Of a DNA stretch of 64,000 bases, positions 43,816-59,212 are shown in pieces (positions within the stretch are counted from its first letter, which is position 1; every line of letters begins with the position of its first letter). The DNA is from Eledone cirrhosa (taxonomy: Eukaryota): NCBI GenBank assembly GCA_964016885.1, contig OZ024745.1, positions 107,446,001 through 107,510,000 of the forward strand, in the 5' to 3' direction. The translations under genes and the position numbers were made by a program. The notes below the pieces were generated by a model. The model saw only the letters and a list, made by a program, of their open reading frames with translations, had not been told where the DNA came from and searched no databases.

Positions 43816-43999
43816 AACCAGTAAGACCCCGACAGCTGAGCTCAAGCCGTTTCGACGGCTAATTCTGAGAATTAGCCGTCGAAACGGCTTGAGCTCAGCT
43901 GTCGGGGTCTTACTGGTTCCTATTACCCACTCTACTACCTCAAGTATTGAGTACTTTGGTGCGTTATGGTCCACCTGGTTCCTTACCACTTTTCCTTCG

Positions 44000-44079
<80 letters not shown>

Positions 44080-44090
44080 GTGTGTGTTTA

Positions 44091-45257
44091 TCTATATAAA
44101 ACTGTAGTTGTCTGTGTGTGTGTGTCCTCATTTTTCCAAAGTCTATACAAATCCACATTTCTACTCCGATTGACTTCAAACTTGCATTTATATATTCCTT
44201 GCAGTCTAAAGATATTAACTGCAGCTTTTATTTTTCAATTTTCTATTGTTAAAGGGGAGTTTGGCGCCGGTTATCGATCTCCATCGAGCCCTTATAATAT
44301 ATGTCTGTATGTCTGGCTGTCTGCATTACAACATTCTGAAAAACATTGATGACGTATTATGTTCGCTATTTTCCGTTCATTACCAGGCAAAGTCTTCACG
44401 AACCAAAGTATCGTCTTCCTGTTTTCCTTCGGTTGCAACGTTTTTCGAAATATTTACTTCTGCGTTCACAGATTGATTTTTTAAGTTTCAGAAGATCCCG
44501 TTAAGGGTGAAAGCAGCGATTCTTTGCTTAAACTTTAATCTGATATTTTAAAATATAATATAAGCGAGGCAAGCCAGCCCAGTTGCACTTCTTGCCAATA
44601 AACATTAACCCTTTGTGCGCCATTCATCTAACTGTAGACCAACAAATACCAACTAAACGGAGCATTGACAAGAACGATGGCGAATGAATCTTCAAGGTAA
44701 GCAGTTTCCTCCCGAGCTGTTAGTTCACGCACGATTCTCTGCTACACCTTTTCGTAATAACACCGAACAACGTACTGCTGGTCACTCCTTCCTCCAAAAG
44801 CCGTACAAAGCGGACATATGCATTGGGCAGATGGATCGGGTGCAAATCTACACCAGGCCTATGCGAGAAATTTGCAAGGGACTGCACCGAGAGCGGTAGA
44901 GAGAAAGTAACTTAGTGGAAAGTGTGCGAATGAACTTTTGAGGTAAGTAGCCTACGCCTTACTGCTATGACACTGGAACCTTCTGCCAACTTAACCCGTG
45001 ACTTTCTCTTTCACATTTACTTCAAAAGGCCAAAACAGAGGACTATGAAAAGAAGGGGCTCAACAATATTTCTATGAACAATGCGCGTAGACAGCTAAAC
45101 TGTACTTTCAACTTCTTAATTTTCTCCAAATAAAACAAGTTTCCTGTCGGTATATTTTCGCGAGTTTTTAACAGGCACTCACAAATAAACGTTTCTCATT
45201 GGAGGTGCTATTTATTACCAATGTTCTTACCCGTGCAACGCCGGGATACACTGCTAG
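44091..45257 (+). mobile_element. Non-autonomous Helitron
   Basis: A|TCTATATAAAACTG start; 3' CCCGTGCAACGCCGGG hairpin + CTAG|T, nearly the same as the 3' end of the coding Helitron. Confidence 0.7.
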
Positions 45258-45837
45258 TATATATATATAAACACACCTATAACCGAGAATCATTCAGTTT
45301 CCTACATAGAATATTAGTCTACGACTCCATTTATACCATAAACGTGGTTTTGTCTTTGCGTGTATTTGTTCTCATCGATCCACATAACGTCGTATTATCT
45401 TCGCTTTTTTTCCGTTCATTGCCAGGGAAAGTCTTCACAAAACAAAGTAACGTCTGCCTGTTTTCCTTCGGTTGCAACGTTTTTCGAAATATTTACTTCT
45501 GCGTTCACAGATTGATTCTTTTAGTTTCAGAAGATCCCGTTAAGGGTGAACGCAGCGATTCTTTGCTTAAACTTTAATCTGTTATTTTAATAAATATTTG
45601 CTCTAGGGTTCTTATATATTTTATATATATTTATCCTTATCGAGCCCTTTTGGATTTTAGTCTTCACATTTATTATTATTACTATATATATATATAGTAA
45701 TAATAATAAATGCCGTCGGGGTCATACTTTTTCCTATATATATATATATATATAGCAAAATTACCCACTCTACTACCCTAAGTATTGAGTACTCTGGTGC
45801 GTTATGGTCCATCTGGTTCCTTACCACAATTCCTTCG

Positions 45838-45891
<54 letters not shown>

Positions 45892-47185
45892 CTAATGTAA
45901 TTGTGTTTTTATTAGCGTGAAACAATTGATTAATGAGTCTTGTGTATGATGCAGTGACAAAAAAATAATTGATACATAATTTTTTTTTTTGTTTTTACCT
46001 TCCCGGAGTTAATTCTACATGTTTCTACTTTTTTCTGGCTTCCTCCCATCCGTCTGAAACTTACCTCTCCATAGTTTGTCAAATTCGGACATAACAAAAA
46101 CTATTTATACAGACATATATATTATTTTTATTTAAGCATGTTATGTATATACAGAGGCGTAGTTCAAATGACACCTTCAGACCTTTATGAACGAACGAGG
46201 TTGAACGTTCATCATTCGACTCAAAATTTAGCCGAGTGTTGAACTTTAGAGGAAGATACAGCTGCTATTTGTAGCTGGTTGAGTGACTACATGGAGATCT
46301 CGTAATACAAACATTCAAAGCATGCTAAATCTAGCAGCTAAAGGTTCTTGATGGTTAAGTAACCACATAATGTCTCTTTCGCTGGCTCGTGAATTTGATG
46401 TGCCCTGTAGTTAACAATTAGAGATCGGATACAGGATGTCACGTCGGCCTTTGATTTCTGACATAATTTCTTAAAATATGAGAGCTGTTCCCTACAGAGA
46501 AGTTTTTTGTATAAAAAGTTGAAATAAAAAGGGAAATGAAAGAACGGCAATCCGGAAATGAAACTAACTCGCAGATATCATTTGCCATGCGCGCAAACAC
46601 GAATTATGACTGCAGTAAACATAATTCAATGTCGAGTGAAACTAATCGAAATGTAACGTAGATGAAAATGTAAATATACGCGCTAAAGACAAGATTAATA
46701 GTCCGGAAAACTATAGTCATATTAACAGCAACTCATCTCGGATATTTAGAAATTTGATTCTAAGTATTGGAAAGAGCCTTTCGTCATGTCAGGTTCTTAT
46801 TGCAAAATGTTTCCAATGAATCGTTTACTATCTTGCAAGCAACTCTACCTTTTTGAAAGCATTGCCAGATAAAGACCCTTAAATATGTTAATATACTATT
46901 CTATCAATTTCCGTAATCTAGAATTTCTACAAACCTCTACATTTACACGCTTTAACTTTGCCTATATTTTCTGTATTTTCTGTCTTTCTCTCTCCCATTT
47001 GTTTTCTTTTGCTCGATTCTGTACATTCCTATGCGTTTACAGCCCTGGTCTTTCGAACACCCACCCCTCACTAACTTTCATTCTTGAACACACACACAGA
47101 GCAATTTCTATATTTACTTCCTTTTTCCACTATATCTATTAATTATTGTTTCTGTAAATGTGTCCATCAGTCATGAATATGCTCA

Positions 47186-47267
<82 letters not shown>

Positions 47268-47270
<3 letters not shown>

Positions 47271-47632
47271 CAGAACCACATCATGAGACTTATCACAGGC
47301 AAGCGGCTCGGTGACCGTATATGTATCAGTGAGCTGCTCAACATTACCAAACTTAAACCAATTACATCAATTGTCAAGTCAAGAGTACTCAAACTATACG
47401 GTCATATAAAAAGATCAACTCGTGGTGTGGGTAGGTTATGCCTAGAAGGAAGGTTGGCTGGTAAGAGAAGCAGAGGCCGGCAACCAAAACGATGGCTTTA
47501 TAATGTCAAATTATGGACTGGACTTAATCTTTGCACTTTAAACTCTGCTGTTGGTGAAATAACTTTGTAGAGAAAAATATCTCATGCTGATGCGCAGTCT
47601 GCAGATGGCTAAGTTTAGCGTCACAAGAAGAT
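47268..47632 (+). mobile_element. 3' fragment of an RTE-like LINE
   Basis: MRLITGKRLGDRI..RVLKLYGHIKR..LEGRLAGKRSRGRQPKRW. Confidence 0.8.
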
Positions 47633-48046
47633 ATATATTTTCCTCTCTTCTCATCAGTTAAAAGCACCAGTATATATTCACTCCCTTTCACTTCTTTCAT
47701 CCTTCTCCACCAAAGTATTTCGATATTCATCTCCATCTTATCGTTCGACACAAATAACAATTTTTCTTGGCCGTTGTAAGATTTTTTTTTAGTCAATTTC
47801 TAAATTCTTCATCCTTTAATATCGCCCGCAATTTTACATTCTCATTTTATTTCCCCCGTCAACTATTCAGTCTACGCAGTTGACACCTTTAATGAGTAGT
47901 TATTTTTATTTCATTAACAGTTTATGAGGTTAATAGTTGTAGAATCATTTAAATGTCCTAAGATAAAAATGTTGATAAATACTCATACTTATATAGTCTG
48001 CGCTATATTTGAGCCCAATGTTTCCATATTTTTCGATTCACATAGT

Positions 48047-48147
<101 letters not shown>

Positions 48148-48345
48148 CCCACCGGACTAGAAACTACTAAATGTGTGGCCGCCTTCTTGTCACTCTGCCT
48201 TTTCAGCCCCATGGATTATATTCCTTTCTTAAATTTCGAATACCTGATGATGTCACCGGATTCATACTGAACCCGGTCATTGCAATGTTCATAGTATAAC
48301 AAACCTTTCAGGAATTACCCCAGTCCAGCCTCCTGTTATTTTATA

Positions 48346-48400
<55 letters not shown>

Positions 48401-48761
48401 TAACACAGAGACTTATTAGAGATTTATAAACAAAGGATTTATTAGTCCCACTTTTGTTGGTAAAGGTTTGTTTCAACGTATCGGCCGCTTGTCTTTCATT
48501 AGAAAAGTGTAAAGCAAGAGGCCGTTGGAAAGTTGAAAGTAAATCAAGGTTTATCAGGATGGATGATACACACACACACACATATATATGTATATATATA
48601 TATATTATATATATATATATATTTAAAAGTTAAACAAGGTTCAATGAATACATCAAAGAATGAGTTTTACAATAGATTGGAAGCACTCAACTGAAAGGTT
48701 TTCCAGAATTATTAATATTAATTCAAAATATTAACAAAATAGATATTCTTGTGATCAATTA

Positions 48762-48820
48762 TATTTTATTATACATATTTCAGAGGTAAGTTCAACAGTA
48801 CGTCCTCATCAGATGAAATA
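48762..48820 (-). ncRNA. Hammerhead ribozyme (family A) at the 3' end of a PLE remnant
   Basis: Minus: TATTTCAT CTGATGA GGA-c-GTA..TAC-c-TCT GAAA TATGTATA ATAAAATA. Confidence 0.7.
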
Positions 48821-50769
48821 AGATGATGCATGACATACCCTGACATGGTAGATGATTAAGATTCAGTCATGGTAGTGATTAACTTATGACAATACTCAAT
48901 ATTTATACCCTAATATTGAGAACATGAGATAGCATAATACAAACAATAGAGAGGGTGCGTGTAATACAGCTTAAAAAATACATGGCATCAATATAACAAT
49001 TATAAAAAAAATTCTTTAAACTACTGGAGGAGGAAAGGAAAGCATAGAGGAAGAAACAGCTGATGTGATAATATATTTAGTAGGTGGCTTGAAAAAACAG
49101 ATGAAAGATGATTAAAGAGAGAGAGAGACAAAGGGGAGTAATTTATGTTCAAGTTTATATACAGATTTCCATATATGCAACACATATTCAAATTAATATA
49201 TATAGTTGCCCGTTAATTTTTAAAATATTTAATTTAAGTTATTTCAGAGTAATGAATAATATTTTAGGTTTTAAAAGTTAATAGGTATTTGTATTAATAT
49301 TATAATTATGTTTAATTTCTAAAATTCAAATTTTATGAAAACAAATTTAAAGGATTTACGAAACACGCGAAAGAAAATCTATAATCTTTACCAAAATTAT
49401 TTATAATATTGACAACAGTTCATACAATATAATTTATAAAATAATTATAGTTATAATTATTAAATAATTTATTGTTAAATAGTTTGAGTGCCTAAAGGAT
49501 CAACCGGCCTTATAACTAAACTTAAAGAAGTCCGAATTTTTAATTATATATATGTGTTAATCAAAAAATACAAGGATTATAGTTTATTATTTGTTCATAA
49601 TTGAGGTGATACCTTTCAAATATATATAATATAATACAATAATACAATAATACAATATAGTAAATAAGTTACTGAAAATATTGTTAAAAAATATATATAT
49701 TTAAAAAATATTGTTAAAAAATATTGCTAAAGAATTAATGTTTTATATCAATTAGTTTAAATTAGTTGATATATACTATAAACATAAAAGTGAAAACTAT
49801 ATGAGTCCTAATGATAAGGGCTAGATACAAAATAAATACACAAATAAAAGAAAATGAATTGTTTGCGAAACTTAAAGATGCCCAATATTAAAATATTATA
49901 AATGTAATAGGGTTTTAATATAGTATACATAGCGAATGTGATATAAAGAGGAGCTAAATATTTGAAAAAGCCGAAGGTAATCAAAATTTAATTAAAATAA
50001 AATAAAATAAGTTAAATTAAATTATATTATATTAAGTAAAAATCATTATATAAGTTCGAACTTCCAGGGAATATCAAACAGTTATAACAATATAGAGTCA
50101 TTTGAGTGTCTAAATTATTTATAAATGTAACTACGATTATGTTATTACACTAGATAAAGATATTTGTACAACTATATAGGGATATTATTATAGGTATTAA
50201 TGAAACGGTATACATTTAATAAAAAAAATAATAATTATAATCATTATTCGTAATGCTATAATTGTAGTTTTACCTCCAGTTCAATGGAGAGAAAGATCAA
50301 TATTTGTCGGCTATTATGGTTTGTTTTATTTATACCTAGATATATATAAAACAATAAATACAAATCTAACTTTCTGAGTCTCCCAAAACATACTCAAAAT
50401 TAGTATAATATGTAAAATATGCAAACGCATGAATGATCCACAGTTCAATTATAATCAGTAAATTTACAAGTTAAATATCCAAATTATATATTTAAAACAG
50501 ACAGATAAATAAAGATCTGAATCAAAATTATAAATATCCAAAGAAACCCATAAGGTATGCATATTTATCAAGTAAACAAGTTATCAAAAGAGTATCCTTC
50601 ATTCTAACATTAATTCTATCATAAATGATTAGAAGATAAAACATTATTAAAGTGTTATAAACCGTTATGACTTTTTAGGCCCAACAGTTGATAAGAGACG
50701 TCAATAATTAAGGCCTGATTGTTTACTGTTTTTTCCTGACTTTTTGCGAGGCTTGGAATGTAGACGAAG

Positions 50770-50975
50770 CTTTATGAAGGCAGTTTGAGAATAATTCACT
50801 TTTTTTGTTAATTAAGTTTTCATGATTAGTAATTATTAATAGGGTCTCCTTTGTGCAGAGGTCGCAGTTAATTTATATAGATGAGTTCGTATACATTTTA
50901 CTATTACAAAGCTTCGTCCAAAAGATCGAGTATTTTAAATTTGTGTCTTTTAATGACCATAAAATACACGCTGTC
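50770..50975 (-). pseudogene. Highly degenerate C-terminal end of a PLE GIY-YIG endonuclease (not in the ORF track)
   Basis: Manual translation gives ILWSLKDTNLKYSIFWTKLCNSKMYTNSSI*INCDLCTKETLLII..NLINKK, then after a frameshift SELFSNCLHK. This matches the W.LK..W..Y..C.LC..E..LNK.SEL..C.H pattern of PLE endonuclease ends. Confidence 0.75.
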
Positions 50976-51254
50976 CCCAAAAGGGTAAAGAGAGGTCATC
51001 TTAAAATAAAACAATATACACGCTGGTCATTTAAACCTGTTAGGTATTAACCACGTGTATAAGAACTCAATTGGATATTAAAAGATAACTATATGTATAC
51101 ACAACCAAAGCACACACAGAGATATTAAAACATAATAAATACATGTATTGATCACCCATATACACACATTCTCTAAGGCTAAATCAGACATGGGATATAA
51201 GGAAGATCAATCAGTATTTCATATATATATATATTATATATATATATATATGTG

Positions 51255-51381
<127 letters not shown>

Positions 51382-51395
51382 ATACACACATATAC

Positions 51396-51445
<50 letters not shown>

Positions 51446-51886
51446 GCGCACACACACATATATATATATATATATATTTGTCTGTATGCGTGTGTGTATG
51501 TGAGTGAAGAAAGAGAAAAGAAACGGACAATTACACCATTTTCTTCACACCTCAGAGGCCAACCATATATATATACATGTGTTTTCGTGTGTGTGTGTGT
51601 GTATGTGTGCGTGCGCGGGTGTGTGTATGCATGTATCTCTGCTTTTATTTTCTGTGAGTTTATATATATATATATATATATAATTATGTACACGTATATA
51701 CATATATGTATACAGACGTACAGTAGTATGTATATATATATACATACATGCACACATATATATATGTACGTATGGATTCACCGAACATTTATTATAATGC
51801 ACGGTGTGTTTGTAAACAAATATCCCGTATTAAGCCGTAGTGTCTAGCAACCATCGTTGCTCGTTTGTTCAACACTGACAAAGGAA

Positions 51887-51927
51887 CGCTGTACTAGTTT
51901 CAAGCTTATTAGCTATCGTCAGCAACA
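51887..51927 (-). ncRNA. Minimal hammerhead ribozyme (family B), left arm
   Basis: Minus: TGTTG CTGACGA TAGCTAATAAGCTT GAAAC TA GTA CAGCG. Confidence 0.75.
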
Positions 51928-52287
51928 TACCTTCCTGCCAGATTGTTGAACGTATATACTTACCTTATGCATATTAACGGCTGAGTAGCCCAATTTGCAT
52001 ATCGAGTGGGTTAAATGGCCGGGTGCACCGAAAACGATAAACCGAAAAAATGAAACGATATTTCATTTCCCTGTACGTCTGTATACATATATATATGTGC
52101 GTATACATACTTATATTTAAGTAACAGCTGTACTAAGAGTGGGAAATGAAATTTCGTTTCATTTTTTCCGTTTATCGTTTTCGGTGAACCCGGCCGATTA
52201 ACCCACTCGATATGCAAATTGGGCTACTCAGCCGTTAATATGCATAGGGTAAGTATATACGTTCAACAATTTGGCAGGAAGGTATAC

Positions 52288-52326
52288 GTTACTGACGATA
52301 GCTAATAAGCTTGAAACTAGTACAGC
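52288..52326 (+). ncRNA. Minimal hammerhead ribozyme (family B), right arm
   Basis: CTGACGA TAGCTAATAAGCTT GAAAC TA GTA CAGC; one stem I mismatch. Confidence 0.65.
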
Positions 52327-52893
52327 CTTCCTTTGTCCGTGTTGAACAAACGAGCAACGATGGTTGCTAGACACTACGGCTTAATACGGGATGTTTGTTT
52401 ACAAACACACCGAGCATTATAATAAATGTTCAGTGAATCCATACGTACATATATATATATGTGTGCATGTATGTATATATATATACATACTACTGTACGT
52501 CTGTACACATATATGTATGTACGTGTACATACGTATATATATACATACCTATATTTATTATTTTCTTCACTTTCTTCATCAAACCATTTACGCGTCTATT
52601 TATTTATACCTTTATATCTATTCATATAAGTCTTTCTCAACTCGTATCGTTTGTCATACAAGAAAACAAATAGTATCTTGTCTGTCTTAAATCTGAAAGC
52701 TCGCCCAATAATTTCATTTCATTGAAGTAATTTCTTAATCTTGCCTACGTGATATTTGACAGTTGACTTTCCTGCAGGTAATTCTGCCGGTATTAATTTC
52801 CTTAACTCATGCACTTATTGTCTATGCAATTGAATTCATATGAAAGACTTATTATCACCAAGAAGCGATATCGTTTATACTTAACAGATTATA

Positions 52894-52953
<60 letters not shown>

Positions 52954-53000
52954 TATAGATATGTATACTTATATATATATATATAAGTATACATATCTAT

Positions 53001-53055
<55 letters not shown>

Positions 53056-53114
53056 TGTGTGTGTGTATAATTATCCATAAAAATAGTCTCACACATACAT
53101 AAATATACATACAA

Positions 53115-53257
<143 letters not shown>

Positions 53258-54459
53258 TGTGTGTATTATATATATATATTTTTATGGATATTCACTTAAA
53301 GTCAATGTAATAATAGAACACACGAATAAAAGTATTTACAGTTAAAGAAAAACAAACTATCCGTTGCAAATATTGATTGTAACAAAAGGGTTTATCTGAA
53401 TGTATTAAACGATTGGGAACTTTCTAGCAAATACACAAATAAAATGGACACTACTTACATTTATTAATGAATCGGCTCTACTATCGCTAGTTTCATTTTC
53501 AGATCCGTTTTAACTCATTTCAATCATTCTTCCCTTCTTCTTACCGTCCTACTATGAGTTAGTTTCTTCTTTATTCTTTATCTTATTTGCCTCTCGATTT
53601 CTTTTTTAATTAATTTATTAATATTTGTTTTCACCCTTTACAATCTATACATTCCACTAGCTTCCTATTGCATTTGTGTCATTTATTCTAGCTTTTAACT
53701 TTGAAACCTCTATTTCTTTCATCGCTGTAATAATATTCATTATCTGTTCAACACGTTTTAACAATTGGACGAAATATATTAAAACAAAATAATAAACAAG
53801 AAAATCAAACATAGCTACATCAATGTCAGTACCAGAAAGCAAATAAAAAGCAACATTGACTACAATATCAATAAAACTCCACACAACAAAGAAATATATC
53901 TTAATCACATCTATCATATGAGTCTGTGCTGAAACTTGTGTTGTTAATATTGTTTACAGGGCGGAGATTTTGAATGAAAAGTGATCTAGTATAAAAATGC
54001 CTTTTAGCTGATTCTTACTTTTAAGGAATTAGTGAGATATTTTATACCAAATCTTATCAATAAATTCTATTCCCATCACTTGAGTTTCGAGTTCTGGTTG
54101 ACTCTAAAGTTAATTATTCTCTGAAACAAGTAGCTGATGGAATGCAATGTAAAATGATTAACTAAAAAGTAAAAACAAAGATAGGAGACTCAAATGATAT
54201 TTCGGGAAAATTGATGCAAAAATACTCGTAGATATTTTAGAGATAGACCCTTACGTTATATGGAAATATATATTCAAGTTATTTCTATTTAGTGTTTGAG
54301 GTAATGTGAATGATCACACATACACAAACATACACACACCCATATATATATATATATGCATATATATACATATTTCTATATACATATTTATACACTCCCC
54401 TATATATGCATATATATATATATATGATAATAATGGAGCTGCGCGTTGCAAATGGGATA

Positions 54460-55270
54460 CATATGAAAAAGTAAGTCCTTCATCAGTGACCCTCCAACCG
54501 TCCCAGGCATTTCATCGCTTTAAGGGCCATATACCTCAGGTTGGTGCGAACAACGGCTAAAAAAAGTCGTTGGGACACGTAAATAAAGGGGACGTTAGGG
54601 TGAACAAACAAAATGGTTTAAGCAACAGAAAGTGAGAAGAAAGAGACAAGTCCCAGATTTCTATGAATATAAACTCGGTGAAATCGTGAACAAGAGACAA
54701 AAGACCATCAAACCTGGTTGAAATGTGAGCAAGGAAGGAATTTCGCACAGGTCTAACGGGGGGAAGAAGAAGGGGTCTGGTCTGCGAATTCGGTAAACAT
54801 AAGTTCTGTGAAGTCGCAGACGAGAGAGAGAGAGAGAGAAAAAAAAAATTTTACCGGCTTGGCCAAGAACGCGCGAGAAAAGAAATCGGACAGGTCAAGC
54901 GGGAAAAAAGAGGAGGAAAGAGGAGGAGGAGGAGAGGTAGTGACAGAGAATGAGTGAGTGAAAGTTGAGGAGGAGGCTAACAGAGAGAGAGACTGCTAGA
55001 AAGGGTAAAGATACAAAGAACGAAACAGACGGGTAGCAGCAGAGGAAAAAATATTGTCTCTTGTTCACGATTTCACCGAGTTTATATTCATAGAAATCTG
55101 GGACTTGTCTCTTTCTTCTCACTTTCTGTTGCTTAAACCATTTTGTTTGTTCACCCTAACGTCCCCTTTATTTACGTGTCCCAACGACTTTTTTTAGCCG
55201 TTGTTCGCACCAACCTGAGGTATATGAAATGCCTGGGACGGTTGGAGGGTCACTGATGAAGGACTTACTT

Positions 55271-55279
<9 letters not shown>
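54460..55279. repeat. Inverted repeat (arms about 240 bp, spacer about 350 bp), PLE-derived style
   Basis: 54460-54700 is the reverse complement of 55053-55279; contains a CTGATGA half-motif. Confidence 0.85.
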
Positions 55280-55312
<33 letters not shown>

Positions 55313-56399
55313 GTCCATCAACCCTTATTATATATATATATATATAAGAAAACATATATATATATAGGGGAGTGCGTGTGTGTGTATTTTCATATATTTA
55401 GTACTTCGTCTGGTGTAGCTTTCATTCAATTTTGTTTTCTTAATACAATAGGATATGATTTGGAGAGATCTGACTGCTATTTGTAGCGGGTCGAGTGATA
55501 GCGTAGATGCACATTCACTTAAACAAAGTGGATGTAGTGATGGTTGTTGAACCACAGGTCACCTTTAACGAGCAAACATATAAGGAAAAGACACCCATTC
55601 TGTACATGATCATCATATCTTTTGATTTCTTCAGGCAAGCCAGGAGTATATTATTCAACGTTAATTTTCTCAAAAGGTAACAGGGAATTTTAGTGAAATT
55701 TTGGTTACAATTCAATCAAATCTAGCGCACTCACTGGCTTATGCTTTATTAATTGTTAGTATTGGTAGTGGTGATAGTTTAAAGTTTGCTAGATATCAGT
55801 TGGTCAAAGATTGTTTATTTAACACCTGTTTGCTGAAGGCCAAACATGTTTATTTTACAGCTCTTGTGTATTTTATCAAATTTGACCTGGATATGATAAC
55901 TTCGAAATATATTGTTATTGTATTTTGAAATATATTTTTATTGTTGTTGTTCCTCTCAATCGTACTATCATATATTTTCTTCCTTTGTTTCTTTTTGTTG
56001 ATTTTGTTCCGAAAGAATTTAATTAGAAAACCACATACAAATACATAAGGACACATATGGCAGGTGTACTTATACAAGTGAACGAACACACACAAAAACC
56101 GTACATATTGTTTTTTTTTTCTACCTTTGTACATAAAAAAATACACACACAGGAAAATATTAAATTGTAAGCTGTCGAAACAAAAAATAATCGGATTGAT
56201 GTAACACACATGTAGCCTTCCATCTACGTGTGTATATATAGATATATCAAGTAAGAATATTTTTGAAACAGCGAGTGGGTTTGAAATTATTAGAAATGTA
56301 AGCTATCGCCGTATTTTGACTAAAGAAATTGAAGAAATTATTTAGCCTGATAGTGGGGTTAAGAACCCTCTGAGAAATGAAAAAAGATGAGTATTGACG

Positions 56400-56438
<39 letters not shown>

Positions 56439-56442
56439 TGAC

Positions 56443-58321
<1,879 letters not shown>

Positions 58322-58328
58322 CACACAC

Positions 58329-58458
<130 letters not shown>

Positions 58459-58527
58459 TATGAAGAGAGAAGAAACATTTAGATATAATTAGTAATAAAA
58501 TGTATCATACATAAACTGCTCCTAAAT

Positions 58528-58617
58528 TCCTCGACTACGTAGTTTCGTGGCATAAACAAAAACAATATATCATAAAGATATAGAGTCCTTGCGAGGTCTG
58601 CCGACTTATCAAGAGGA
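58528..58617 (-). ncRNA. Hammerhead ribozyme U3-A8, copy 1 of the 595-bp array
   Basis: Reverse complement of 60045-60134. Confidence 0.8.
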
Positions 58618-59122
58618 TACCTCATTTTACTAGTCTCAAGAACGCGTCTACACGACGTGAGAAAGAATCCCAAAAGGCGGAGGGGGAGATAGTCACGCGA
58701 TATAACGGTCGAGAAACAGAGCTAAGCCTCTTATAACCCCGAAGAAAATACCACGGTGGCGGAGGGGGTATTTATATCGAGGCCGTAGAAGAGGTGGTGA
58801 AGAAGGCGAGAAGTATGAGTAATGGAAGCTTTCCAGCTGTCCCCACACTTCAAAGATTGCTCGACCAGAGGGAGTTATTAACAATATATTTAGAAACACA
58901 CAGATACATGCGGACACACACATATATACATGAATGCATCCGCACCCAACTGTGAGTTAAGGGTGCCAACTTCACCGATGTTGCTCAATGAATGACTGGG
59001 ACAGACCAATTCAGTTGAACTAGACTGAACCAGTATCAGAGTTAAAAATACATTATGAAGAGAGAAGAAACATTTAGTTATAATTAGTAATAAAATGTAT
59101 CATACCTAAACTGCTCCTAAAT

Positions 59123-59212
59123 TCCTCGACTACGTAGTTTCGTGGCATAAACAAAAACAATATATCATAAAGATATAGAGTCCTTGCGAGGTCTGCCGAC
59201 TTATCAAGAGGA
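59123..59212 (-). ncRNA. Hammerhead ribozyme U3-A8, copy 2 of the 595-bp array
   Basis: Reverse complement of 60045-60134, 595 bp from copy 1. Confidence 0.8.

Larger units (their letters stand above)
51690..52530. repeat. Inverted repeat of the family-B HHR element (arms about 360 bp); other copies near 3060-3200, 8900-9330 and 12010-12425
   Basis: 51690-52050 is the reverse complement of 52160-52530. Confidence 0.9.

Noticed and set aside
48240-48297. CTGATGA-hairpin-GCAA motif as an active HHR
   Set aside because: The topology fits but GAAA is mutated to GCAA and stem I is only 4 bp; counted only as decayed.
51960-52250. Bulged-hairpin motif in family B (TATGCA..TGCATA-TC-GAGT)
   Set aside because: The basal stem is imperfect and it lies antisense and upstream of the HHR, unlike other families, so it was not counted as support.
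55245-55280. CTGATGAAGG in the 54.4-55.3 kb inverted repeat as a complete HHR
   Set aside because: The right arm ends in (TA)n before GAAA, and the left arm has only a degenerate GCAAC with no stem I partner.
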